Source: Octopus sinensis
Taxonomy: Eukaryota
NCBI RefSeq assembly: GCF_006345805.1
Contig: NC_042997.1
Coordinates: 97,836,001-97,900,000 of the forward strand
Reading direction: 5' to 3'
DNA length: 64,000 nt
The notes beneath the pieces were generated by a model, which ran no database searches, was not told the DNA's origin, and worked only from the letters and a program-made list of their open reading frames with translations. A program made the position numbers and the translations under genes. Below are positions 11,526 through 25,191 of the stretch, piece by piece (within the stretch, counting starts at the first letter, position 1; each line of letters starts with the position of its first letter).

Positions 11526-13671
11526 CTACGCTGATTAGTTAAATGAAACAATATTTTGGGACAATCCTAAACCTAAGGAATAGAAGAGAATTAAGACAAC
11601 ACTATTCTAAGATTTCGATAGTCTTTCTACTAAAATCTTACCAAAGGGGAATGCGAACGCAAGAACTTTCACACAATTAATCGACCCATTAGGTACAGCT
11701 GCCAAATATACCCCATACCAAACTCTGCAATCTTAAAGAGATACACATGAAATAATGTAGCCCGAATTATATGATTCCGAGGCGAGAAAGGAAGGAAGAG
11801 TGGACGTTCATAGTTTAAATGCCTTTGAGTTTAGAATTTCTTTGACATAGAAGTTAAACAGTAACAGCAATAATCTTATGACAAGGAAATATTTCAGTTA
11901 GAGTTTTCAGGAACAATAAGTTAACTTATTCTATTAAGTAAATTTTGAAACATAGTATTTTAGTATTCGTTGAAGAAAAATTTCATTACAATGATTAAGG
12001 AAGTAAAGCGAAAAATGTATGGAGCTGACGGTTTCTAATAGAAAATGAAAACCTTTTTCCTTGCTAATGACATATTTTATTACTCCTGTGCTGAACATAT
12101 CTTATAATAATGACATAACACTGTCAAGAGAATTTATGTAAGATGGCTGACAATGGCTTTTCAATGAAGAAAGAAAGAAAGAGAGAAAAGAAGAAAGGAA
12201 GAAAGAAAGATTAAAAAATGCTGTTTGATTTGTGATTAGATTTGATGTGTAAATTTTATTACATTTCTTTTTTCCTGCCGGGGGTTTATTTTCAAAATTG
12301 AAGTTAATTATCCGATACATATTCAACCACTTTAGATGAATTTTAGTGACGCTTGCATGTAACAGAACAAACACTGTAAACGTCTACATGGTTAGCTTAA
12401 AGAGAGAGGAATTTAAACGAACGACCATGAACGTACGAGCGCCCATATTGATCGAATAATTATTTGCTACGAATGCTTTAGGGTGCTTGGTGTGTAATAT
12501 TTATGCACCACAGGGGAACCCAGACACATTACTTCATTGATACAGTACATTAGTGACATCTAAAATCTCTCGTGTATATATAAATCAGATTGTCAAGGGC
12601 AACCGTGGACATCCAATATGATTGCACAAACTACAAGGAAGAAAAGTCAATTCTCCTTTTTTTTTTGTAGAAGGAAAAAATACATTGGATGATATGGTCA
12701 TGGGCGTATTGAGCCCGATAAAATAAGACTAGCTAGCCACTAGTCTCTTCTCTTAGGCCTGACTTAAGCTAAACACCAACATATCAGGTTACTGTTGTAT
12801 GCTCTGACCGGCTAGATGCATGGCAGGTAACTTAAACGGCCGACCACTCAGGTATGAAGAGATGCAGTAGTTAATCGTATGGGTTGCAATGTTACATTTA
12901 TGGATACAGATTTTTGTTACAGCAAAGTCTGTTTCTGTATGACTGTCGATTATGGCTTTGGTTACAGGAGAGGCGGGTAAACTGAACTCGGTTAGACCAT
13001 AATAAATGTTCCTGTGTGAAAGGAATCAGGTTAAATTAAAGAACATATTGTTCTTTCAGTTTGCACGAAGAGACTAATTTGACCATACTATATATATTGG
13101 CATACATAACATCTCCAGGAAATGTAATATGAAATGTATTACTTTTCTAGTTATACTTACACATAAAAGCCAAAGGCTTTTATGTGTAAATAGAGCACCG
13201 AGAACCGTTATGTTAGTTATATATTGATAACCTACAGTTGGCTGAGCGCTCTGATAAAGCGAAAGAACACTCTGACAAGAGAGAGTTAACAAGCAGTACC
13301 CTGGTGGTTTTAGAGGAACTTTAGATAGGTTTTGTTAAACATATTTATGATTTTAATGTAACTTAACTAATAACCCAGTTTCTCAGATACACCTCTAAGC
13401 TTGCTTAGTAAACATTGAGTGGTATGACCACAGAGGCTATGCGACTGGTTTATCCTGTTCTTCATTGCGCATCATGACACTAATCATCACAGAAAGTCAA
13501 TGGTCAAATTATTTATGTAGTATTTAAGACAATCTGTGGATTAAGGACGACTTTTTAAGATTCAAATTCCGTCCTAAATACAGAACTGTATAATATATTT
13601 TCTATATACGTGTCGGGAAAATTCCGTGATTATTAGATATAAAAATAATACAAAATAAATTTACAGTCATA

Positions 13672-14055
13672 GGCGCAGGCGTGGATGTGTAGTAAGAAGC
13701 TTACTTCCCAACCAAATGGTTCCGGGTTCAGTTCCACTGCGCGGCACCTTCGGCAAGTGTCTTCTCTAATAGCATCGAGCCGACCAAAGCCTTTTAGTAG
13801 TTTTGGTAGACGGAAACTAAAAGAAGCCCGTCGTATATATTTATGTATATGTTTGTCTGTCTGTGTTTGCCCTCCCTCCATCGCTTGATAACCGATGTTG
13901 GTGTGTTTACGTTTCCGTAGCTTAGCGGTTCGACAAAACAGAACAGTAGAATAAGTACCAAGCTTAAAAAAGAATAAGTCCTGGGGTTGATTTGTTCGAC
14001 TAAAAGGTGGCGCTCCAGCATGGCCGCAGTCGAATGACTGAAACAAGTAAAAGAA
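13672..14055 (+). mobile_element. SINE family B, full length
   Basis: GGCGCAGGCGTGGATGTGTAG head, GGTTCAGTTCC B-box-like, GGCAAGTGTCTT CORE-like, internal (TA)(TG), tail ...GCATGGCCGCAGTCGAATGACTGAAACAAGTAAAAGA. Confidence 0.85.
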
Positions 14056-14659
14056 TGGAATTACATTAATATTAAAGCAATTAAACTGGCAGGTTCGACA
14101 GGGTACCAAAACATTCGAGTTAAGCTAAATGCTAACGTATTTAATACAAGGACCCTAAAAGCTATCTAGAAATAGTATGCCGTGAAGAAAAAAAAAGACA
14201 ATATTAGTAATGACAAATATTGGTGGCGAATTGGCAGGGTTGTTAGAACATCAGATAAAATACCTTACAGTATTTGCTCCGCTTGTATACGTTTTGAGTT
14301 CAAATCCTGCGGAGGTAGTCTTTGTCTTCCACCTTTGGGGTCAATAAATGAAGTAGCAGTCTGATATCGATTTTTATCTCTTTCTTATGTATCTGTTTGT
14401 CTCTGTATTCCTGAATAGGCCTACGCAGCGCTATTAGAAGGATCTTAGGAGCCATTCAAAACATCATTTAGTCCAGAAATAGAGATGGTCTGGGCGAGGA
14501 GATTACAAACCTCACTTATAGGAAATATAGTATGTTACTGATCGTTCAAGGATAGCGAAATGTACAGTGCATCACGGAATGAAATAAAAGATAAAGAAGA
14601 AAATGCAATCCTGATCGTACGATTGTGATTTCGAATCCTGGACCGGCCTATTTTACCGA

Positions 14660-15252
14660 CTCCTAAAGTATGTAAAGCAAAGTCGATCACGGTAGTATTT
14701 GAACTCAGCATGTAAAACTGGAGAGGAAATACTGCTAAGCAATTTGTCCGTTCGGCATGCAAAAGATTCTGCCAGTTCGTCACCTTTGCATGCGTATGTA
14801 TAATCCTCTCTACTGTAGGCACAAAATCTGAAAGTTTGGTTGAGAGGGGACGAGACGATTACATCGACACTTGTACTTGACTGGTACTTGTTTTATGGAC
14901 CCCGAAAGAGCAAAAGGTGAAGTTGAACTCGGCGGAATTTGAACTCAGAACGTAAAGACATACGAAATGCCGCTATACACTTTGTGCGGCATGTTAACGA
15001 TTCTGCCAACTCGTTCGCTTATATATCTACATATAATGGTTTCAAATTTTGCTGCCAGGGCAGCCATTTTGGGGGAAGGAATGAGTCAATTACATCGATC
15101 CCCAGTGTTCAACTGGTACTTTTATTATCGACCCCGAAAGGATGAAAGGCGAAGTCGACCTCGGTGGAATATGAACTCAGATCGAAGCGACGGGCGAAAT
15201 ACCGCTAAGCATTTCGTCCAACTTGCTATCGATTTTGCTAGTTCGCTGCCTT
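14660..15252 (-). mobile_element. Cluster of three same-orientation family-A SINEs
   Basis: Three iterations of GAAAGG..AAAGTCGA..CGG..ATTTGAACTCAG...CTGCCA.TTCG. Confidence 0.8.
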
Positions 15253-15984
15253 ATGTATCTATTATATATAATGCCTTTAATTATAGATCTGCTCAGACAA
15301 TACTGACCTGGACCTAAACAACAACAACAGCAGCAGCAGCAGCAGCAGCAGAATTGATAGCAACGTATAATAATTAATTCGAAAGTATTACAATAATTAT
15401 GTTAGAGATAAAGTCAGTATCTACAGTAATCCATATAAATTACAAGCAATAGATTAGAAATTACAAAACCATGTGGATAATAAAATATTAAGGCCGAGAA
15501 ATGAGGAATAATAAACAACTCAAGTATTTAAGATAACGAATTGTAAAACCTCGATCTTTGAATAATAGGAAATGCAAAGTGCAAGCAGGATAATGATATT
15601 CCATACTATTTGATAAAAGTTTCAGCAGAACAAGTCACCAGAATGGTCATTAACTGAAAATCCTACCAGTAAGACTATCACAATCTCAGCTTACTAAGGC
15701 ATCTCTTAATAATATGAATTTAAATATACATCAAAATTGGTATATTTCTGTTCCATATGATTGTGGCTTCTAATGGATAAGATAAGAGGCGAAATATCTA
15801 GGCCATCAGGCGGATGTGACAGTAAGACAGTTGGGGAGTTGTAGTCAATGCTGAATGTTCAATATTAAGAGTATTTTGTGTATAAGTGTGTGTGTGTGCG
15901 TGCGTGTGTGTGTGCGTGTGCGTGTGTGTGCGTGTGTGTGTGTGTGTAAGTGGGTGTAAGTGTGTGTGTGTGTGCATGTGTGTG

Positions 15985-16140
15985 TGTATGTGTTAGGAAT
16001 TGTAGTTGCAGTTGTTCTGCACATCTGCCAATGTGTTCACTGAGATATATCTGGCGATTTTGTGGGGAAGATGTCTGTTGTCTGTGGATTGTATATCTCC
16101 GTCTGAAAGACATTCCTGTCGACCCTATATAGTTTTTATG
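15985..16140 (-). pseudogene. Penelope-like GIY-YIG endonuclease fragment
   Basis: [40 protein letters not shown] aligns by eye to QNYVGSTGLSLRRRCTLHRQQIAFPEYRMIPFSEHIEKCA at 46266-46420. Confidence 0.8.
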
Positions 16141-16270
16141 GGAGCCCGACATATGTATATATTAATATATTCATATATACACACACGTATGTATACACAT
16201 ATATGTATATATATTGATATATTTATATGCATATATATGTATACACATATATATGTATATATATAATATA

Positions 16271-16314
<44 letters not shown>

Positions 16315-16404
16315 ATATATATATACAAACAAATACAAACACATATATATATATAAACATACCTATATATATATACACACACACACATATATATTCTTTT
16401 ATTC

Positions 16405-16690
16405 GTTTACTGGTTTCAGTCATTTAACTGTGGCCATGATGGGGCACCGCTTTGAAGGGTTTTTGGTCGAACAAATCAACCCCAGGGCTTATTTCCTTTA
16501 TAAAGCCAAGTACTTATTTTATCTGTGTCTTTTGCCGAACCGCTCATTTACTGGAAACATAAACTGACCAACACCGGTTGCCAAGCGGTGATCGGAGGGG
16601 AGATCACAAAGACAAACACAAAGACACACACACATAGATATATACATATATATGTATACGATGGGCTTCTTTCAATTTCCGCCCGCCAAA
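16405..16690 (-). mobile_element. SINE family B, 3' half
   Basis: GGTTTCAGTCATTTAACTGTGGCCATGATGGGGCACCGC...GAACCGCT...GGGCTTCTTTC. Confidence 0.8.
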
Positions 16691-17022
16691 TCCATTCATT
16701 TTTATTTCTTTATTTTATTTTTTCCATTTTTCTATTTTTATTTTACTTCTTATTTTATTTTATCTTATTTTTAATTTTACTATATTTTATTATATTGAAA
16801 TTAATACGTTGACCCTCACGCACATACAAAAATAAAAAAAAATTAAATACCATAAATTTAATCTGCTGGAATGATCAGATAGGTCAACACGTAATTCATA
16901 AATGTCTAACTTTTCCCTGATGATATTTTGCTCATAACTTATAAATGCAGTAGAAAGAAATGATTATCAATTTATTAATAAATAATTATTAACCACTAAC
17001 TCTCCATTTTCTTGTTTTAATT

Positions 17023-17070
<48 letters not shown>

Positions 17071-17267
17071 ATTTTCAATATGAGACCGCGTATCGTTGGC
17101 GATTATCTTTCTCCGTTTTCCCTTCTTTGGACTTTTTCTATATTTCTGACGAAGAGCTCCGCTCGAAACGTGAAATCCTCTTTCTTTCCTGAGCGTCCCA
17201 TAACACTGTACTTATTCCACGTCCTCGCGTTGTTGTTTTTTCTTGCTTGTTCATGTTTAGATCGACT
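17071..17267 (+). mobile_element. Short microsatellite-embedded element carrying an HHR (PLE pLTR-like)
   Basis: Between (CA)n and (TA)n. Contains the HHR at 17142-17176 followed by TTTCCTGAGCG, a motif shared with the 17901/27025 family. Confidence 0.65.
17142..17176 (+). ncRNA. Minimal type-I hammerhead motif (non-cleavable GUG triplet in this copy)
   Basis: AUUU CUGACGA A GAGC ucc GCUC GAA ACGU G AAAU. Confidence 0.65.
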
Positions 17268-17486
17268 ATATATATATATATATATATATATATCTATATA
17301 TATATATATATATTATATATATATATATATAGATATATATATATATATAAATAATAATATATATATATATATATTATATATATATATATATATTATATAT
17401 ATATATATTATATATATATATATATATATCTATATATATATATCTATATATATATATATGTATATATATATATAATATATATATAT

Positions 17487-17528
<42 letters not shown>

Positions 17529-17577
17529 TATGCATATACGTATATATACATATACATATATATATATATGCATATAC

Positions 17578-17625
<48 letters not shown>

Positions 17626-17630
17626 TATAT

Positions 17631-17690
<60 letters not shown>

Positions 17691-17868
17691 GCACATATGG
17701 GTACAGGACGTGACCAACAGTAAACAACAGGAAATATGAAAACAAATGAGTTAAATACACAAACAACGAGAGAAAAATATGGTAAACGGGACAAGTAATA
17801 CAGAGATCGATCCTTCATCAGTTGTCGGCTGTATCTACCTCTCTCTCTCTATATATATATGTATGTAT

Positions 17869-17900
<32 letters not shown>

Positions 17901-17901
<1 letters not shown>

Positions 17902-18112
17902 ACGGGAAGGTTTACGAAAATAAACAAAAGACAAAGGCAGGTGGAGTACAAACAAACAAATGTATTAGTATGGCGCCCAGGAATAGAAATAGAACAAGTC
18001 TTTCACGTTTCGAGCCTACGCTCTTCGACAGAAAGATACACAGAAAAAAAAAACAAGGAGAGAAACAAGGAGAGAAAAAAATGCGTGTAGGAGCTAACGA
18101 TCTATCATGGCG
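17901..18112 (-). mobile_element. (TA)n-embedded element with HHR-like motif at 17999-18036
   Basis: Minus strand: UCUUU CUGUCGA A GAGC guag GCUC GAA ACGU G AAAGA. 3' end CTTCCCGTT+(AT)n. Homologous to 27025-27228. Confidence 0.75.
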
Positions 18113-18161
18113 ATGTATATGTATACACACACACACACACATACATACACACACACACACA

Positions 18162-18192
<31 letters not shown>

Positions 18193-18784
18193 CACGTATA
18201 TATTACATATGCGGCTGAAAGCGTTGTTTGAAACTCACAATATTGTCTTACAGTTGCAGTTATCTGATGGCCTAGTTTTTTGCCTCATGTCTTACCATAT
18301 AGGACAGAAACCTATCAAATTTGACGTATATTTAAACTGATATTAGGATATTATTAAGAGAAACCTTAGTAAACCGAGATTTTGCTAGACTTATCGATTG
18401 GATTTTCAATTAGCGGCCATTCCGATTATTTGTTCTACTGGAACTTGTATCCCATAGATTGGAATATCAATATCTTACACTTATTTACTATTATTCAAAG
18501 CTTCACAGATTTTCATTTCGTTTAAATATGTGAAGGCGTATGGTCTGGTGGATAGGGTTTTGAACTAACAATCTAGCGATCGTGGTATCGATTCCCGGAC
18601 CAGTAATCGACTTCAGGAAAACACTTCATTTCACGTTTTCACTGTGGGTGGGAGAGTGGCAGAATCATCGAAGCGTTGTTAGAGATGCTTTACAGTATAT
18701 ATTCCGGTTCTTTACGTTCTGAGTCGATGTATTCAACTTACCCCGCCCCATAATTTTAGGCTTTGTGCCTATAGTGGAAAAGTA

Positions 18785-19100
18785 GAATCGTTAGCACGTC
18801 GGGCCAAATGCTTAGCGGCATTTCGTCTGTTATTACGTTCTGAGTCCATATTCCGCCGATACTAGCGTAGCTAGAGTGTGCCATCCGGGGTATTTCTTCA
18901 GTCGGCCACCTCCGAGCCCCCCCCCCCCAAGTACATATTGCCTACAGCTAACTCAAAAGTGGTTCCAGCCCCATAAAAGTGCCGCCCGGGTCAGACCACC
19001 CCTTCGCCTCCGCTAGCTACGCTGGTGTCCTCCGAGGTCGACTTTGCTTTTCATCCTTTCCTTTAATTTCAGGCCTTCTGCCTGTAGTAGAAAGGATATT
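18785..19100 (+). mobile_element. Family-A SINE split by a hAT MITE
   Basis: Consensus ...ATTCCGCCGA|GGTCGACTTTG is interrupted by 18860-19027. Confidence 0.8.
18860..19027. mobile_element. 168-bp hAT-type MITE
   Basis: TIRs TACTAGCGTAGCTAG (18860-18874) and CTAGCTACGCTGGTG (19013-19027). 8-bp TSD TCCGCCGA / TCCTCCGA (7 of 8). Confidence 0.8.
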
Positions 19101-19144
19101 ATAATGTCCAGGCGTCTTTGTAATTTTCAATCTGTTTCTTATAT

Positions 19145-20172
19145 TGGTTTCAAATTTTGACACAAGACAAGCAATTTCGGAAGAGAGGCTAAGTTGATTA
19201 GATCGACCCCAGTATTCAACTGGTACATATTTTATGGGCCCCGAAAAGATGAAAGGCAAAGTCTACCCCAATGACATTTGAACTCAGAACGTAAAGGACG
19301 AAATGTCGCTAGGCATTTTGCTAACGGTTCTGCTAGCTCACTGCCATATTCCTTTCAACTATTGGCAGAAGGCTTGAAATTTCGCGGCGTACGGTAAGTC
19401 GGTTACTGGTATTTATTTTATTGACCTCGAAAGGATGAAAGGCAAAGTCACCCCGGCGGCATTTGAACTCCGAATGTGAAGAAGGGCGAAATACCACTAG
19501 GTACTTTGCCCGGCGTGCCAACAATTCTGCCAGCTCATTGCTTTATCTGTTTCTTATATCAATAATGGGTTAACGGACAGAATCATCGGCATTATCCTTA
19601 ACATATTATTGAAATTACTGTATTACTAAGTAATTTATTGTATATTAGGCGTTGTTGCTGTTAGTGGCCGAGTCAACACTGACTGAAGTTATCTATAATC
19701 ATAGGAATTCCAGTCACGATTACCACATAACTCTGTAAGGCTCTTCTATCTATTACTACACCACCCAACATGCCACCCTATTTTCATGAAGGTAAGGTGT
19801 AATTTAAGGGGGATTAGGCTGTTTTTTCAAGCAACGCTAGCGGCCATACAGAGGTTACTAAGTTGGCTCCGCTCGTTTGTTGGTTCTGCTCCCTCGTTGG
19901 CTCATTATTTTGTACTTGTGAATCCGTGCCGCTACCTGAAAGATACTTATCTTACGTAAACAATAATCATTTCTACTAAAGGTTCAAGGCCTGAAATTTT
20001 TGGGGAGGAGACTAGTCGATTTCATCGACCCCAGTGTTTCACTGGTACTTAATTCCTGAAAGGATGAAAGACAAAGTCGACACCGGCGAAATTCGAAATC
20101 AGAACGTAGAGAATACGAAATAATGCTAAGCATTTCGCCCGGCCTGCTAACGATTCTACCAGCTCGCCGCTT
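19145..20172 (-). mobile_element. Three family-A SINE copies (19145-19345, 19350-19545, 19965-20172)
   Basis: Each has GGATGAAAG.CAAAGTC...TGAACTC.GAA...GCCAGCTC. Confidence 0.75.
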
Positions 20173-21154
20173 TAAACGCATTGTTAATGATAAGAAAATA
20201 AAGTTATAATATTTAAAATTGCAACAAGCAAAGTAGCTAGTTAGGAAATTTCTATATGAGATGAACTTAGTAACTATATTGAGAAGTAGTGTTTATCGCC
20301 ATTTCATATGGCTGTTCCATAGGAACCGGCGTTACTACCGTTTTTAAACCCAGCTGATTATCGATGCAATCTGCACCCGATATATATTGCAAACAGGGGA
20401 GCAAACCCCTACCATCCACTAGCAGACGACGGGATGACTGGACCGTATGGTTTCCAGCTTTTGTGTTTATTTTTAAATGTAGTTTTATACGTTGCAATAA
20501 TATAAGCACTGAACGATATTTTTAAAGAAGAAAAACAAAGTTTTTCTGTTTAGTGAACACCATTTGGTCTGAGGTGTGTGGCCCATTGCCCTCTCCCGCC
20601 CCATCTTCTGCTGCTTAACCGCCACTTTTTCTATCCTTTTTTCTCTGTTTCTTTGTTTCTTTATATTTAAATGCTATAATTTAAAATGTGATCAATTGCA
20701 AAGAAATAATCACGCAACAATGACGAGCAGTCAGAGACTTCGCAGGTGTTATTTAATTTAATAATATTTTGATTATCACGTCTTTAGTCGAAACGTTTTG
20801 CTTTCAAACAGATTTCTTTGGTTATACTTTTTTCCTAAATATAGTTACAAATTATTTTTATTTCTAATTTTGCTGAGTGCCATGTACAAGGGGTTACCCA
20901 AAAGTAATAGGAAATGTTCCGTGTAGATCGTTGTGCGAACGTGTCTAAAGTTCCTTGATTTGTCTTTCTCTTCTCTTCAAGGATTAGGTAATATAGTGAA
21001 ATAATATCTTGACAACCCCTAATATTTTTACAAAACGTTGTGCATTGGTATCCATTCCCTCAATTAAAGCAAGACATTTATCTAAATGAGAAAAAAGCCT
21101 CTTGCCTTTCCTTCAACGTAGAACGATGAGACAGGGATCAATGATGCATACTGC

Positions 21155-21985
21155 TAGTCAACTCTCGCTACTATGCCACCCTGCGGGACTGAGCCAAAGT
21201 GGCATAGTACCGAGGGTCTGTTATCTAAACACTACATAACCAAACATTTACTGAACATACGAATAAAAATTCATAGGGTAGGAAGTAAGGCCAATAAGAA
21301 GTTCAATGCAATGGTAAAAAGAAGACATCCAAGTTTATTAAGTTCAGATTGCTTTTAGTTAATCCCGAAGCTCTCAAAAATTGTCGGCTGACGCATCTTC
21401 TTTCGGCGGATTTCATTCATTTCGTTGTCTAGCCTATCACACGCCTGCATGACACTGAGTTTTCCGCTGCTCTGCTGCTGCATAAACTTTCGGATAGTGC
21501 TCCATGCTCTCTGGGCATCTGCAAACGAAACGTATTCCTCTTCCACAATTACCTCGTCGTCTTCACTTTCCACCGGCTCTTCGTTATGCATTACCTCCTT
21601 TGCTATTTCCTTTAGAGTGAAACATGTCGGACAATACAAGGGGTGGTAACTTGTATCAGATATTACTAATGATACGAGGGGCTCGGCAATAACGTTTTTC
21701 GCAGCATCGATAATCTCCTGCTTTTTCTTCAGCGTAAACTCAGTCCGCTTGCGTTTCTGAGCTGACATTGTGTGCTACTTTCTGAACTTTTCCACAAGAT
21801 TACAAGTACGAAATGTACAAAATGTAGGAGTACAAAATTTCGAAAAGTTGCGTGCGCTTCAGTTTACAAGTGGCATAGTAGCGAGAGCTGAGGGTGGCAT
21901 AGTAAAAATTTTTTGTTTATTATTTGGCCGGGACCGCGCAAAACTGGCATAGTAGCGAGAGTGGCATAGTAGCGAGAGTTGACTG
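21155..21985 (-). mobile_element. Internally deleted pogo/Tigger-type DNA transposon
   Basis: TIRs TAGTCAACTCTCGCTACTATGCCAC (21155-21179) and GTGGCATAGTAGCGAGAGTTGACTG+TA (21961-21987). Subterminal GGCATAGTAGCGAGAG repeats. Confidence 0.85.
21355..21768 (-). pseudogene. In-frame deletion derivative of a Tigger/pogo transposase (137 aa)
   Basis: N-terminus KRKRTEFTLKKKQEIID (start of a psq/CENP-B-like HTH) fused to an acidic C-terminus ESEDDE...SFADAQRAWSTIRKF...KKMRQPTIFESF. No DDE domain. Confidence 0.75.
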
Positions 21986-22193
21986 TATACAGATTATATG
22001 TTTCTATTGCTTTTTCATTTATTTCCCGGAGACGAATACAAGCGTAACCAATCGATACAACCTGGAACTGACAGTAAAATACAGCACGAACGTTATTGCT
22101 GTTTTGCCAGGCGACGTAAATATATTTTAGAAAGCCCACCGTATTTTCGGAAATGACGTAAGTCAAAACAACTTAACCAGAGGTAAATGTGTA

Positions 22194-22940
<747 letters not shown>

Positions 22941-22998
22941 ATAAATTGAATAAACAGAGTCAACAGGAAGGAGTACGTTTAGACAGCTATTTAATAAA

Positions 22999-23100
22999 CA
23001 CTACACATGTTTCGATATAACATAGATCCACATATACACAGGATTTAAATTAAGCAACAGTTTACCTGTATAATGGGATCCAGTTGTATCTCCTCAGGTG
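22999..23100 (-). ncRNA. Type-I hammerhead ribozyme with a very long stem II
   Basis: Minus strand: CAC CUGAGGA GAUA...(about 70-nt imperfect hairpin)...UAUC GAA ACA UG UGU A GUG. GUA triplet, cleavage 3' of 23002. Confidence 0.65.
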
Positions 23101-23706
23101 ATATGTAATCGCTGCCCTCGTAAGTAAATCTTTGATTTGAGACTTCGAATACGACCGGCTATTTGGTAGTTCTAATGCGTGTGTGTATGTGTGTGTATAT
23201 ATATACACATGCACATATCAATATTGTGTATGTATATATATGTGTGTGTGTGATTGTGTGTATTTGTCCCCCACTACCACTTGACAACCAGTGTTGGTTT
23301 GTTTACGTCCACGTAACTCAGCAGTTCGGCAAAAGTCGCCGATAGAATAAGTACCATGCTTTAAAAGAAGTACTAGGGTCGATTCATTCGACTAAAATTC
23401 TTTAAGGCAGTGGCCCAGTATGACCACCGCCTAATGACTGGAAGAAGTAAAAGAAAAAAAAAAGAACAAAAGAGTATCATTCAAAGGGAGTGAAGTGGGG
23501 GTGATCGAGAAACAGAAGCGTGCCGGATTAAATGCAGCACTGTATTTATCAACTTTATTTAACGTTTTAAGTTCAACTTCTACATAGGTCGACGTTGCCT
23601 TTTATTTGCCTTCTGGGATAGATAAAATAAGTACAAGTCAATTACTGAAGGCTATTCAATTGTCAACCCCTTAACCGTTTTGTGCCAATATAAAGATGCG
23701 ACACGG

Positions 23707-24690
23707 CAGTGAGCTGGCAGAATTGTTAGCATGCCGGGCAAAATGCTTAGCGGTATTTCGTTCGTCTTTACGTTCTGGGTTCGAATGTAGCCGAGGTCGA
23801 CTTTGCCTTTTATCTTTTCTGTGCCGATAAAATAGTTGAGCATTGGGGTCGATTTAATCGACTTACTTCATCCTACGAAATTACTGGCATTGTGCCAAAA
23901 TTTGAAATGAATATAAGGATTCGAGATAGCCGAATAGTTAATAATTACGTTTCGTAAGCACAAAGATTTGAGTTCGATTCTGCAGGGTGGCATCTTGGTG
24001 AAGTGTTTTTTAATCCCAGCCTTGCATTGATTCAAGCCTTGTGAGTGAAAATGTATAATTAATCATGGTAGACTGAGTGTATGAAAAGATCTCAACTGTG
24101 CTTTCTTCTTTTACTTTTGCTAGAAACTTTTCTTTACGGCATTGCAAATGCCTAGAAGTTCTTCAGCAGAAGGGTCTTCTGTGATAGGAACTATTTCACC
24201 TAGTTCACTTTTCTGCAGATAGATTTAATTATTAATTACATTGGCAATTGCAGTCTATATAATCATTTCTACCATAGGCACAAGGCCTGCAAATTTGGGA
24301 GAGGAAGCCAGTCGATTACATCGACCTCAGTGCTCAATTGACAGTTATCCCCGAAAGGATGAAAGGCAAAGTCCCCTCAGCGGAATATGAACTTAGAACC
24401 TAAAATCGGACGATATGCCACTAAGCATTTTGTTTGGCGCGCTAACGATTCAGCCAGCTCGCTGCCTTATTTTCAGTATATAATCCTTTCTACTATATGG
24501 ACAAGGCCTGCAAATTTTGGAGGATAGTCGATTACATCGACCTTAGTACTCAACGGCTACTTATTTTATCGACACCGAAAAGATGAAAGCAAAGTCTACC
24601 CAGGCGACATTTGAATTCAGAACGCAAAGACGGAAGAAAAGCCGCTAGGCATTTTGTCTGTCGTGCTAACGATTCCGCCAGCTCGCCGCC
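23707..24690. mobile_element. Family-A SINEs (23707-23915 +; 24268-24467 -; 24482-24690 -)
   Basis: Head and central domain recognisable in each. Confidence 0.75.
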
Positions 24691-25191
24691 ATATTTGCAA
24701 CAGATATAATATATTTTGATTATCATTTTCGAATATTACTTCAAAACTTGTGGTTTTTGAAATAAGTTATTACTTAAATTAGCATCATCTCATTGTTCAG
24801 TGTTCTTGTAAAAACATCACACACTGCCAAATGAAGGCAATATGCATAGTCCAAGAGATGTTCGCTGTTAATATCCTCACCAAATTTAGCCATGATATTT
24901 TCTCCATCAATAACGACTGCAACTATAATTGTTTTCAAATCAAGATTGATACAGGAAGTTTTGGTTCTATAAGTCCAATAAAATTTTCAGCAAGGAAACT
25001 TCGACAAATTCTGATCTTTCTTAAATTTCAGAATTCACCAGACAAATGTACGTTGCTGTAGCCCACTCAACGAGTAAAAATGAGAAATATGATGTCGTGA
25101 CAGGCTTGGTAAGACTGACGAAGGATGGTGGATCTGATTAAAAGAAAAAAGAAAACAAACAGAATGGGGCGAAATTCTCATTTAAGCACTC

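Noticed and set aside
17805-17835. Minus-strand CTGATGA in the GGGTACAGGA-type element (also at about 53130)
   Set aside because: No GAAAC with a closing stem II in the right order, and no NUH in register.
20885-20913. Third mariner element (TIR similar to 55041)
   Set aside because: Solo TIR with no partner TIR or transposase nearby.
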